Positions 38,155 to 51,754 of a stretch of DNA of 64,000 nt are shown here, in pieces. Origin of the DNA: Octopus sinensis (lineage: Eukaryota); the NCBI RefSeq assembly GCF_006345805.1, contig NW_021833638.1:1-64000 (forward strand), in the 5' to 3' direction. The position numbers and the translations under genes are program-made. Within the stretch, counting starts at the first letter, position 1. Each line of letters opens with the position of its first letter. The notes below the pieces were generated by a model. It was not told the DNA's origin, did not search any database, and saw nothing but the letters and a program-made list of their open reading frames with translations.

Positions 38155-39209
38155 CAATGTCTGTCTGTCCGCCCGTCCCCCCGTTCGTTCGTCCAGCCGT
38201 CCAGCCGTCCACCCTCCGTCATTCTGGATCTTTGCCTATCTCTCTATCTATCCGTCCCTCTGTCTTTCTGTCTATCTGTCTGCCTTTATGTCTGTCTGTG
38301 TACATAGACATCCTTCTGTATGTCTATGTGTGCGCCTGCCTGCCTGTGTGTATGAGTATGGTATGTCTCTACGTCTGTCTTGACGGTGACACTTGCTGTG
38401 AAACCGGACTCTTTTCTTTATGTCCTGCAATGTCAGGTGCGCCATGCAAATTTCAGTGAGGTACGTACCAGACCTAAAAAAATGTAACGACGGGGACGAT
38501 ATGCCCTACTAACTTTTTTCAAACCGACCCCAGCGTGTCTCAGTCCAATGTCTACAAAAGAGAAAAGACCCAAACAGTATACATATACACAGACGTATAT
38601 ATATATTATATATATATATCTATATATATATTATATATATATATATATTAATATATATGATATATATATATATATATATATATTCTATATATATATATAT
38701 ATATATATACATACAAATATATATGTATATACATACAAATATATAATATTATATATATATATATATATACATATATATTATATATATATATATACATACA
38801 AATATATATATATATACATACATACAAATATATAATATAATACATACATATATATATATATATATATACATACATATATATACATACACACACACACATA
38901 TATAGGTGTGCGTGTGTATGTGTGTGTGTGTGAAGAAATACATGTAGGGATGCATGCATGTGCGTATATAGATATTGGTTTCACGTGTACTTCACATTAC
39001 TAGTCTCACCTCATCAGAAAACGATATATTTTTTCGCCCTGACAGTGTTGAGTAAATAATTAAATATTAATTCGAGGTATGGTAAGAATGTCTACATGGA
39101 GGAAATAGAACGGAATACATCATAAAATCAGATATGCGTATATGCGTGTTTGTGTGTATACATCTACATGTATGCCTACATTCGTACACACAAACATACA
39201 TATATATAT

Positions 39210-39240
39210 ACATACATATGTATGTATGTATGTATGTATG

Positions 39241-39272
<32 letters not shown>

Positions 39273-39556
39273 TGTATGTATGTATGTGTGTGTGTATGTG
39301 TGCATGTATGTATGTGTATGAATGTGTGTATGCAGGAATGTAACTATGTATGTATACATATTTCTGCATATATTTTCTGAGTTAGTCTACGTATGTATAT
39401 ATATATATGTGCATCTATTATATATATGTATATATTTCTATCTACTTATCTGTTTGTTTGTCTGTATGTATGTATGTATGTATGTATGTATGTATGTATG
39501 TACGTACGTACGTACGTACGTACGTACGTACGTACGTACGTATGTATGTATGTATG

Positions 39557-39590
<34 letters not shown>

Positions 39591-40110
39591 TGTATGCATG
39601 TATGTATGCATGTATGTATGTATGTACGTACGTACGTACGTACGTATGTACGTATGTATGTATGTATGTATGTATGTATATATGTATGTACGTACGTACG
39701 TATGTCTGTTGATGTATGATGTATGTATATATGTATGTATGCATATATATATATGTATATATTTCTATCTACTTATCTGTTTGTTTGTCTGTATGTATGT
39801 ATGTATGTATGTATGTATGTATGTATGTATGTACGTACGTACGTACGTACGTACGTATGTATGTATGTATGTATATATGTATGTATGTATGTATGATGTA
39901 TGTATGTATGCATGTATGTATGCATGTATGTATGTATGTACGTAAGTACGTACGTACGTATGTACGTATGTATGTATGTATGTATGTATGTATATATGTA
40001 TGTACGTACGTACGTATGTCTGTATGTATGTATGCATGTATGTATATATGTATGTATGCATATATATATATGTATGTACGCATGGCTGTATATATTGTAT
40101 GTATTTATGT
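39210..40110. repeat. (TATG/TACG)n array with a 327-bp higher-order duplication
   Basis: The marker TTTCTATCTACTTATCTGTTTGTTTGTCTG occurs at 39435 and 39762. Confidence 0.85.
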
Positions 40111-40707
40111 ACATATGTATGTACGTAAGGACGTAAAAGATTGTATGAACTGGAATGTTTTCCTCGATTTTTACTGTAGAGAAGACAAAAGCAATTCGTT
40201 GTGAGACACTTCTAAGAATGTTTCCAGAAATGTTGAAAAGCAAGAAGAGCTTATTTCTTGACAGTTGAAGTTATCCAGAATAGAATCTGATCTACTGATA
40301 GAAGGGATTCTTTGTATTAATGTTGTACTTGTATATATTGTTAGTGCCACTGGTATATTTCGTTTAATGGAAGGGTTGAAAACGAAATATGAAGGAAACA
40401 TTTCTACCATACCTCTCTGTCATCTAGGGAAATTAAGGCAACGTAATACAAAACGTATACATTTCTGCATTAGAAAGAATCCCCCACTCCCGCACTTTAT
40501 CTCTCTTTCCTAGAGACATTACACTTACACTACGAAGACTAACGCAGAAAATATATGCAGAAATATGTATACATACATAGATACATTCATGCATACACGC
40601 ATTCACACACAAACACGTACATACATACATACACACATACATACCCACATGCATACATACATGCATATATGCATACACATATATGCATACACATATATGC
40701 ATACAAA

Positions 40708-40938
40708 GGCGGTGAGCTGGCAGAAACGTTAGCACGCCGGGCGAAATGCGTAGCCGTATTTCGTCTGCCGCTACGTTCTGAGTTCAAATTCCGCCGAGGT
40801 CGACTTTGCCTTTCATCCTTTCGGGGTCGATAAATTAATTACCAGTTACGCACTGGGATCGATGTAATCGACTTAACCCGTTTGTCTGTCCTTGTTTGTC
40901 CCCTCTGTGTTTAGCCCCTTGTGGGTAGTAAAGAAATA
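40708..40938 (+). mobile_element. SINE family B, full length
   Basis: GGCGGTGAGCTGGCAGAAACGTTAG head, B box GAGTTCAAATTCC, tail GTAAAGAAATA. Confidence 0.9.
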
Positions 40939-40964
40939 TATATGCATGCACACATACATACATA

Positions 40965-41460
40965 AATGAAAATCAGCTGCGCAGTGGATTATAATATATA
41001 GCGAAAAAGAAAATACCCACGCCAAACTATTGAGAAATCTACAGTTACTCTACCCAGGTTACCACTTCAGGTTTATACCTGTAATTATCGGGGCCGTGGG
41101 ATATGTAGCATTTAGGCTTCTCAAAGCCAGAAAGGATAAAGACAATGCGAAGACTACAGATCCAAGCCAATCACTGGAATTATCTGTAAAATATGTAAAA
41201 CATGTCAGAATTTTATCATTTGAGTATACATGCACATGTCTAGACATGCAACGATAAACATAAGAATACATACACAGAACAAGACATACAAATCTACACG
41301 TGCACTGACTCCAAATACTGCACAGATACAGACATGCTTGCAAAAATAACTTGTTGATGTTCTTGAAATTTCAATGAAGGAGCCCTTGATCTCGGTTAGA
41401 GACCAGCTCTTTCTCTGCTGGTAAGACACCTTGAAATTAAGCCGAATAATTACATTACTA
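40965..41460 (+). mobile_element. R4/Dong-like (RLE) retrotransposon 3' fragment, flanked by (CATA)n
   Basis: EISCAVDYNI...EKENTHAKLLRNLQLLYPGYHFRFIPVIIGAVGYV, then a 3' UTR. Confidence 0.7.
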
Positions 41461-41491
41461 CATACATACATACATACATACATACATACAT

Positions 41492-42468
41492 GGGTATATT
41501 GCTCAGAAGCTTGATGAGCACTTTCGAATTGACACGAAGCGTAGCCTCTCTTGGACACAAGACCACTACATCATATCACATTTTGAGGGCTATGTGTTCG
41601 CAATCCAGGAGCAGGAGATTGTCACAAAGTACCTGGTGAAGTAGAGAGACAGTGACGCTCTTGCAATCCCAAGGTGCAACTGCATGTGTAGGCTATTTCA
41701 TGTTTCTGTGAAAGACATTACGCATGTGATTAGCAGCTGTCCTAAAATGTCGTCACAGTAATACCTCCCTATGCGGCACGATGTTGTTGCTAAAGCAATT
41801 TCCATTGCCATCCGCAAAAAAGACTGTCCTGAAATAAACGTAGAAAATCCCTGTTATGGAATACATTCATAAACATCACCTCAAGGAATACTGGTGGAAT
41901 ATTCCCTCAAAACGTCTATCAAATGTAAACATAACAGGCTGGATATTGTTGTTTGAGACAGAGGGGCAAACGTATGTACCATCACAGAAGTTAACCACCC
42001 GGCAAATATAAAAATCTTTCTGCAAATCAAAGAGAAAGAGGATATCTATGGACAACTAACTGCTTCAAAACATCCAGCTTCTATATCCAGACTATGAATT
42101 CATATTCATACCAATAATAATTGGAGCACTATGTTTTGTTAGTAAATGCTTAAAAGAGAATCTGGATAAACTGGAATTTTCAGAAAGAGAAATCGACCGG
42201 CTGATACGCACATTACAAGTGCAATCTGTGAGTGGAACAGTAAAAATAAGCATCACTTTCCTCAAGTTCCAAATGTGGATTTGTCCGTATTAACTACATC
42301 CCAAAGATAGAACGTTGTATCTTTGTTGGAAACCGGCTCCCTCCTCAGTAGAAGATTTATAATAATTAAAAAATAGAAGAGGTACATGCATATGCATACC
42401 TGTAATTTTTGGAGCATTAGGGTATGTAACACACTGCCTAAATACCAATCTTGGGAAATTAGTCTTCT
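41492..42468 (+). mobile_element. R4/Dong-like retrotransposon remnant (zinc knuckle and restriction-like endonuclease) plus a third short fragment
   Basis: AIQEQEIVTKY, CRL.HVS.KDITHVISSCP, RHDVVAK, HNRLDIVV, KEKEDIYG and IPIIIGAL motifs with stops and frameshifts. An extra IPVIFGALGYVTHCL piece lies at about 42376-42468. (CATA)n on both sides. Confidence 0.8.
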
Positions 42469-42482
42469 CATACATACATACA

Positions 42483-42518
<36 letters not shown>

Positions 42519-42527
42519 TATATATAT

Positions 42528-42570
<43 letters not shown>

Positions 42571-42577
42571 GAGATAG

Positions 42578-42655
<78 letters not shown>

Positions 42656-42807
42656 CAATCACTAGTCTTCGATGCGAAGGGGTCCCAATGCAATACATAT
42701 ATCCTTTTTCCAGTGTCCTGGAAAAAGGGTATATGTATTCTTTGTCTATATATATATATATATATATATTATATATTATATATATATATATATATATAAA
42801 TGTATGT

Positions 42808-43240
42808 AAACTTAGACTTAGATAAACTTAGATATGTTTCGACCAAAGATTGGTCCAGGCCATGTCTAACTTAATAGCACCACCTGATAGGATTATTTGA
42901 ATCCTGTTTAAGTCAAGTTTTGTTTATGGTCCATTCAAGTAGTGAGTTTTTTTTGGGTGAGTTGTATCCAATTATGGGTGGCTTATCTGGTATTCCTTAA
43001 AGGAATCTATCCAGACTCCGTTTAAAGTTGATGGGATCCTTTTCCTCTTTAATCTCTTTCGGGACAATGTTAAATAGGGCTGGGCCTATTGAGGAAAAGA
43101 AATTATGTTGGAGTGTACATGTATGCTGTGATCTTGAATTGGGCAGGGGACGTATGGCCCGTGGTCCCAGTCTTGGATGAACCTTGAAGCTAATGTTCAT
43201 GTCGTTTGGGCAAATTTGGCGGTATATTCTCCACATCGTA
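42808..43240 (-). mobile_element. CR1/L2-group LINE family 2, 3' end
   Basis: HPRLGPRA...NFFSSIGPALFNIVPKEIKEEKDP; the tail ends in CTAAGT-type repeats. Confidence 0.8.
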
Positions 43241-43243
43241 CAA

Positions 43244-43279
<36 letters not shown>

Positions 43280-43281
<2 letters not shown>

Positions 43282-46200
43282 TCAATAAATGGTGGGGTTG
43301 TGTTGACCGCACGTGGAGAAATGATAAGTAAGGAAAAATTTTTTTTAAATGCAGAATGCTCAAATGAAAGAAAATTTTAATAAAATGAGAAAATGATAAA
43401 ATATATAAATATATATTTATTCAACCGGTTTTCGTCCTTGTATGACTTGTCAAGAATATTTATGTTTTAGAAGTTATTTTAAAAATTAGAAAGGGGAAAA
43501 AAAGAAAATTGCATTGTTTTTTGTAAAAGAATAATGATAAAAATGTACAAAAATTAAAAAATAAGTTCTCCGATACATTGTGAGTTCGTTGTGTATCTTG
43601 AGTTTTATGGGTTTACCAAAAAATTACCTTGAGGTGTTAAGATCCAAAGGGATTAAGAGCATGTGATGTGTTGTGTTGTTAAATTCAGCATGTTGCAGGA
43701 CAGGAAGTAGTAGTAATTGTGGTCCTGGTTCTTCAGTTCCTGTGTTGTGGGTAAGGGGAGACAACTCTTTTGAGTTCTTCAATAAAACCCAAATTATAAA
43801 ACTATCATTTTAGCTTCATTTGCATTATCTTTTTTATATAATTGCTTGTTAACTTAACTTTCAGATTTTAACACTTTATTTATATTATTTTCTAATAATA
43901 TAAATCTGCATAGACAATTGCATTTCAAATTGTCATATCATTTATAATAAAAATGATAGTAATAACAACAATAGTAAAATGATATTTAAAAAATATAAGT
44001 TTTAGCTTGAAGTGATGAATGCATGGTATCTTTATATATTTGTGTTAGTCCATCCATGAAGAGTGAGGTAGAGAAAGGAAATTTGATCAACGAGGAGTTT
44101 GCATATTAAGTTGTGTTTGGAATTTTTCAATAAAGAGATTCTCCTTGTTAATTCTCTCCTGTGTGGTGATACCGTCTTTACATTGGTAGAGGGAATATAT
44201 AGAATTTGGGGTTAAGTCTTTAGCACATGAGTCTAAGTGGTCACTCAGTGGAATTTGTCGGTATTCCGGGAGATTTATTTGTTCTTTATGCACCGTTACT
44301 CGTTTACGTAACGGGAGACTCGTTTGTCCAACATAATTATGTTGGCAACCAGCGCATGTGAGGACGTAGATAAGGTTCTCGGAGGAACAGGAGAAGTTAG
44401 TCTTGATTTTAAACTTCGTACCTTGTTTGAAGGTAAATTCAGAGCCTTCAAGTAGAAAGGGGCAGGTACCACAGTTTGAGCGTGCACATTTTTTTACTGT
44501 TGGGGGTGGATGTGGGTGTGTGAAGTTTGGCATTTGTCAAGAGTTTTTTTAAGATTTGTGTTGCCTTTTGCATTGAGGATTTGTGTGTATTTATAATGTT
44601 TTTCATTTTTGGGTCTGTTGACAGTAGACTGAGGTTTTGTATGATTGTGGTGTATGCTTCGATATTTTGGGGTTGTGGGTGGAAATGTATGGAAGTATTT
44701 TGAGGTTTGTGTGTGGTGTTAGGTTGGGTGGTTTTCAGTGTAGTGTTGTCTAGTTCTTTGGCGCGTTTATTCCATACTCTATAAGGGTGGAGGGATATTG
44801 ACGTTGTAATAGTGTTTTTTTTGAGGTCTTGAAGGCGTATTTCTCGTGTTTTGGATCCGAGCAAATGGTGCATACCCTTTTAGCTAAATTGAAAGGGATA
44901 TTTGTCTTGGTGTGTTTTGGGTGGCATGAACTAAAGAGGAGGTATTGTGTGAGTCTGTAGGTTTGTGGTAGATGTCTGTTATGATTGGTTCTTAGGTGTT
45001 TTATAATTAGGAGATCAAGGAATGGGAGATGATGTTTGCTTAATTCCATAGTGAATTGGATGTTGGGATGTATGTTGTTTAGTATGGTTTGAATTCCAGG
45101 AGTTTTTCATAGGTTCTTTCCATATGATGAACAATCATCTAAATACCTTTTCCAGTTTTCCATTAGGTAGGTGTGGAAAACATGTCCAAATTCTGGCTTG
45201 ATATTTCATAGAGTGACAGTTCGAAGTAACCCATTATGAGGTTCGCAAGGACTGGTGCAGCCTTGGTACCCATCGCAATGCCACATTTTTGACGGTAGTG
45301 TGTGTCGTCGAAGAGAAAAATTGTTTGTCAGAATGAACTTAGAGATTCTGTAATAAAAGACTTGTTAATGCGGTCAGGGAATGTCTCTGGGTGTTTTCTA
45401 GCCAGAAGTCAATTGCCTCTATACCATACTCGTGTGGAATGTTGGTGTAGAGGTGATGACATCAAGGATACCAGGAGTGCTCCTCGTCGTTAACTGTTTT
45501 CGGGAGGTGTTTGAGCATGTCCAGATCATCCCTAATGAAACTTTTGATGTGGGGTAAGGAAAGGTTTCAAAGGATGTGCTAGGAAGTTACTCAGGCGGTG
45601 TGTTTCACAGGACGTGGTACCAGCCACGATGGGCCTTAGTTTTAGGCCTCCGGTGCTTTGATGTGATGTGGATGTCAGTGGAGAGTTTGCAGGCTTCGGT
45701 GATGTATTTGTTTTTATGGATTTTAGGAAGGCCATAAAAAGGCTGGGCTTGCATTTGAAAATGGTGATATAATCCCTTCTTTTCTGTGAGTCCCTGACCG
45801 TGGTTGGCGTATGAGTGTGGTGAGGTTTCTGATTGTTTTTTGCTGTTTGTAGTTGTTAATAACCTCATAGAAAATGTTATTGTTAAGCATGGAGACAACA
45901 CTAGGTGTTTATAAAATTCCTGTCCATAAGGAACACAGCACTCCCTTTGTCCGCTTCTTTGATGGTGAGGTTTTTATCCGTTGTATGTCACGTAGGTTTT
46001 CCCTTCTTCCTTACTGAAATTGGATTTACCTTGGTTTTGCTTGGGGTAAAGGGGAGACTCTGGATGTGTTTACAGAAATCGTCCAGTGTTTTATTTCTCC
46101 CTTTTGGTGGTAGGAAGTTGCTTTTATTTCTGATCAATGAATCGTCCCCATTGTTGATATCGGTCAAAGCTTCTGTTAGGCGAAGTTTTCTGCAGAATTC

Positions 46201-46424
46201 AGAGAAACGTCATCCTTGACCTCCGGGGGTTGGGTGTTCTTGGGGTGGGTGTGAATTTCAAACTCTTGCTAGGATGTTGATTTGGGTTGGTGTCAGTGTT
46301 TTGCTGGAGAGGTTTATAATTTTTGTTTTCTTATTTTGGGTCTGTGTTAGCGGTGGTGTTTGTATTTTTCCCCTCTGTCTAAAAAATGGTTGTTGAGGTA
46401 AGGGGTGTATTCTTTGTTAAAGTT
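43280..46424 (-). mobile_element. Penelope-like element (RT plus GIY-YIG, Neptune-like), long arm, 5' truncated and frameshifted
   Basis: KEADKGSAV, FYGLPKIHK, LRPIVAG, GIAMGTKAAPVLANL, RYLDDCF, a Cys linker CARSNCGTC and the GIY-YIG motif LIYVLTCAGCQHNYVGQT. Confidence 0.92.
43418..43458 (-). ncRNA. Degenerate minimal hammerhead in the PLE 3' region (mirror copy at 48436-48476, plus strand)
   Basis: TATTC-TTGACAA-GTC-ATACAAG-GAC-GAAA-ACCGG-TT-GAATA: stems I and II pair, and the core differs from CTGACGA by two transitions. Confidence 0.6.
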
Positions 46425-48556
46425 CTGCCGAAAACAGTTAACGAGGAGGCACTCCTGGTATCCTTTGATGTCATCAACCTCTACACCAACATTCCACACG
46501 AGTATGGTATAGAGGCAATTGACTTCAGGCTAGAAAAACACCCAGAGACATTCCCTGACCGCATTAACAAGTCTTTTATTACAGAATCTCTTAAGTTCAT
46601 TCTGACAAACAATTTTTTTCTCTTCGACGACACACACTAACGTCAAAAATGTGGCATTCGAACTGTCACTCTATGAAATATCAAGCCAGAAATTGGACAT
46701 GTTTTCCACACCTACCTAATGAAAAACTGGAAAAGGTATTTAGATGATTGTTTCATCATATGGAAAGAAACTTATGAAAAACTCCTGGAATTCAAAACCA
46801 TACTAAACAACATACATCCAAACATCCAATTCACTATGGAATTAAGCAAACATCATCTCCCCATTCCTTGATCTCCTAATTATAAAAACACCTAAGGACC
46901 AAATCATAACAGACATCTACCACAAACCTACAGACTCACAACCAATACCTCCTCTTTAGTCATGCCACCCAAAACACACCAAGACAAATATCCCTTTCAA
47001 TTTAGCTAAAAGGGTATGCACCATTGTCTTGGATCCAAAAACACGAGAAATACGCCTTCAAGACCTCAAAAAAACACTATTACAACGTCAATATCCCTCC
47101 ACCCTTATAGAGTATGGAATATAAAACGCGCCAAAGAACTAGACAACACTACACTGAAAACCACCCAACCTAACACCACACACAACCTCAAAATACTTCC
47201 ATACATTTCCACCCACAACCCCAAAAATATCGAAGCATACACCACAATCATACAAAACCTCAGTCTACTGTCAACAGACCAAAAATGAAAAACATTATAA
47301 ATACACACAAAATCCTCAAATGCAAAAGGCAACACAAATCTTTAAAAAACTCTTGACAAATGCCAAACTTCACACACCACATCCACCCCCAACAGTAAAA
47401 AAATGTGCACGCTCAAACTGTGGTACCTGCCCCTTTACTTGAGGCTTGAATTTACCTTCAAACAAGGTACGAAGTTTAAAATCAAGACTAACTTCTCTGT
47501 TCCTCGAGAACCTTATTCTACGTCCTCACATGCGCTGGTTGCCAACATAATTATGTTGGACAACGAGCTCCCGTTACGTAAACGAGTAACGGTGCATAAA
47601 GCACAAAATAAATCTCCCGGAATACCGACAAATTCCACTGAGAGTGACCACTTAGACTCATGTGCTAAAGACTTAACCCCAAATTCTATATATTCCCCTT
47701 CTACCAATGTAAGACGGGATCACCACACAGGAGGAGAATTAACAAGGAGATCTCTTTATTGAAAAATTCCAAACACAACTTAATATGCAAACTCCTCGTT
47801 GATCAAATTTCCTTTCTCTACCTCACTCTTCATGGATGGACTAACACAAATATTATAAAGATTACCATGCATTCATCACTTCAAGCTAAAACTTATATTC
47901 TTTAAATATCATTTTTACTATTGTTGTTTATTACTATCATTTTTATTATAAATGATTATGACAATTTGAAATGCAATTGTCTATGCAGATTATATTATTA
48001 GAAAATAATATAAATAAAGTGTTAAAATCTGAAAGTTAAGTTAACAAGCAATTATATAAAAAAGATAATGCAAATGAAGCTAAAATGATAGTTTTATAAT
48101 TTGGGTTTATTGAAGAACTCAAAAGAGTTGTCTCCCCTTACCCACAACACAGGAACTGAAGAACCAGAGACCACAATTCTACTACTTCCTGTCCTGCAAC
48201 ATGTGAATTTAAAACACAACACATCACATGCTCTTAATCCCTTTGGATCTTAACACCTCAAGGTAATTTTTGGGTAAACAACCATAAAAATCAAGATACA
48301 CAACGAACTCACAATGTATCGAGAGAGAACTTATTTTTTAATTTTGTACATTTTATCATTATTCTTTTACAAAAAACAATGCAATTTTCTTTTTTCCCCT
48401 TTCTAATTTTTAAAATTAACTTCTTAAAACATAAATATTCTTGACAAGTCATACAAGGACGAAAACGGGTTGAATAAATATATATTATATATTTATCATT
48501 TTCTCATTTTATTAAATTTTTTCATTTGAGCATTCTGCATTTAAAAAAATTTTCCT

Positions 48557-48560
<4 letters not shown>
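46425..48560 (+). mobile_element. Penelope-like element, short inverted arm
   Basis: Reverse complement of 43327-45506. It contains SFDVINLYTNIPH and WKRYLDDCFIIW, lacks about 50 bp covering the AMGTKAAP motif, and ends at (TA)n. Confidence 0.92.
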
Positions 48561-48604
<44 letters not shown>

Positions 48605-48636
48605 GTACACACACGCACACACACACACAAACACAC

Positions 48637-48671
<35 letters not shown>

Positions 48672-49367
48672 CTATATATATATATATATATACACACACA
48701 TTTATAGATACATATGTTCGTTTTTGCAGGTGAATGTCTAAATATATAAATGTATATAAGTAAATATTCAAGTTTGTATGTATGAGAAACAACAAAGAAA
48801 CTTCTACAGTTATACTTTTTGCACAAAATTATATGCAGCCATCTTAATCGAGAACCAGATATATTACTTTACACCTACGCATGCACTAAATCACACGGTG
48901 CATATGTAATATATATATTCATATATACAATATTTAAACGGGTGTTTATTTGTGTGTATAGAAATGTGAAGAAATAACAAAAATTCGATATTATTTATTT
49001 TAGTATAATATTTTTTTACCAATTTCTGTAATATAATTCTATGTATATACGTGTGAATGCGTGTTATCGTGTGTATGTATGTATATATGTATGTATGTAT
49101 GTATGCATGCATGTATGTATGTATGTATGTATGTATGTATGTATGTATGTATGTATGTATGTATGCATGTATGTATGTATGCATGCATGCATGTATGTAT
49201 GTATGTATGTAAATAACATGAAAGACAGAAAATGTATGTATGTATGTATGTATGTATGTATGTATGTATGTATGTATGTAGATAGCTAAATAAATACATT
49301 AACATAATGAGCACTTTGAGTCCGTTACCTAAAAATCATATTGAAAAATGTGTTAGAATAGACATAA

Positions 49368-49405
<38 letters not shown>

Positions 49406-49408
<3 letters not shown>

Positions 49409-49869
49409 CCAACTAAATGTGGCAGCTCCATAGGGAACGATGCTGCTAGTTGTATTTAGCCCCAGGAGGAAATATGCTCCAGCTGGTTAACGACACACTG
49501 TCTTTGTCCGATCAGTATTTGAGAGTGGGGGGGAATCACCGTTCCCATTTCTAGCCTTACATATTACACACAGATCCGGGTTTCTGGATGGCAACCAGTC
49601 ATCAGTTTATGATAATCACGAGGTAGTGATAAGAATTCATTCCACACGGAAAATACTATATGCGTTTTTGCAGTGACATACTGTCACTGATCTTGAAAAA
49701 GGCGAGAGAAGCAATATTAATCTCTAAGGCTAGAGATGGGAACGATAAATACCCCTCGCAGATACTAATCGGACACAGTGTGCCGTTAGCCAGTTGTGGG
49801 AGATGTGTTCCTGGTGCTAAAAACAACAGTAGCATCGTCCTCTATGGGACGGCCACATTTATTTGGGAA
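49406..49869. repeat. Diverged inverted repeat (about 150-bp arms, about 165-bp spacer)
   Basis: 49406-49560 versus the reverse complement of 49725-49869, roughly 75-80% identical by eye. Confidence 0.7.
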
Positions 49870-49896
49870 TTATATTTTACGATTCTATACTGCTAC

Positions 49897-50180
49897 TGTT
49901 TAGGGCAGCGGACTCGTGGTCGGAGGATCGCGGTTTCGATTCCCAGACCGAGCGTTGTGTGTATTTATTGAGCGAAAACACCTAAAAGCTCCCCGAAGCT
50001 CCGGAAGGGGCTGGTGGCGACCCCTGTTGTTCTCTTTCGCCCCAACTTTCTCTCACTCTCTCTTCCTGTTTCTTGAGTAACGCTGCGATGGATTGGCGTC
50101 CGTCGACCTATGGGGGAGCACATACGCCACAGAAACCGGGAAACTGGCCTATGAGCCTGGATAGGCTTGAAAAAGGCGCA
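49897..50180 (+). mobile_element. tRNA-derived SINE, head C plus tail Y
   Basis: Head as at 8930, joined at CTTCCTGTTTCT|TGAGTAACGCTGCGATGG to the tail seen at 9460-9570. Confidence 0.75.
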
Positions 50181-50235
50181 TACAACACACACACAACACA
50201 CACACACACACCACACACACACACAAACACATATA

Positions 50236-50274
<39 letters not shown>

Positions 50275-50806
50275 TATGATGTAATTGAGATTCTGTTGAA
50301 TTAGGTACTTAAATTCAGGCCCCATGTTAGGACAAACATATTTGCACACTGAAACCATATTAGGCGAGTATCAAACTCTACATAGAATTTTTCCACCCAA
50401 CATTCATGCAGTGAATGAGGTTGTCACGAATCTACTTAGTGACAAATCCGTTCTTGTTTGTCCATACATGTACTTTATATATAGATAGTTTCCAAACACT
50501 TTCGGAGTGCGCATTCCAGGGTAGGTGAGTAAAAGATGAGTAACAAAGATGTATGTGTCAATTCATCACGACCATTTCGAAAGACTCCTTTAATTGGTCA
50601 ATGAAAGCATTACATCATTACAGAGAAAACCGTTCTTATCAGATGACCTCATAGACCTCAAACATAAAGGACACACACACATAAAGCAGAATACACTTGC
50701 CCAAGGAGCCACTCAGTGGGACTGAACCCGGAACCATGTGCTTGTGAAGCAAACATGCATGTATGTATCTATGTATGTATTTTGAATACATAGAGCTGTG
50801 TGTATA

Positions 50807-51036
50807 TACTCTTTACTCTTTTACTTGTTTCAGTCATTTGACTGTGGCCATGCTGGAGCATCGCCTTTAGTCGAGTAAATCGACCCCAGGACTTATTCTT
50901 TGTAAGCCTAGTACTTATTCTATCGGTGTCTTTTGCCGAACCGCTAAGTTACGGGGACGTAAACACACCAGCATCGGTTGTCAAGCGATGCTGGGGACAC
51001 AAACACAAACACACACACACACACACACGCACACGC

Positions 51037-51077
<41 letters not shown>

Positions 51078-51254
51078 CAAATACATATATACGACGGGCT
51101 TCTTTCAGTTTCCGTCTACCAAATCCACTCACAAGGCTTCGGTCGGCCCGAGGCTATAGTAGAAGACACTTGCCCAAGGTGCCACGCAGTGGGATTGACC
51201 CGGAACCATGTGGTTGGTAAGCAAGCTATTTAGCACACAGCCACTCCTGTGCCT
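50807..51254 (-). mobile_element. SINE family A
   Basis: Full-length match. Confidence 0.85.
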
Positions 51255-51754
51255 ATATCTGTAAACATACATATATACAAATTAATACACATATTATACA
51301 CACCCACACACCCATACATACATATATATTAATTTAAGACATCGTTCAGCATGATTTATGTAGTGGTTACAGAGTGCTCATTATGCTAAATTAATGTAAT
51401 GTAATATAAACGACAGCATATACATTCAAAATACACAAGGGAGTACGAAAATTAATGCTAAAATAGATATCATCTTACACAATCTACGCTGCTGTTTCGA
51501 TTAACTTTGTACCTCCATCAGTACAGGAAGGGATTGTGCATATATTGCAATATCTTACATAGAATTTTGTATGGTCCGTGTTATTGACTATGACATATTA
51601 AGGCGATTAAGGCTACTTTCTGTAGCACTGCTTCTCGTACTTGGTCTTTGAAGTATTGGGATCTTCAATGATAAGACAATAAATAAGGTTTAACATGTCC
51701 TAGATATATAAATATACGTACATATAGAGAGAGATTTAATATAGCCTATATATA

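Noticed and set aside
38969-39024. CTGATGA...GAAAC on the minus strand
   Set aside because: Stem II is weak, with no matching stem I or cleavage triplet.
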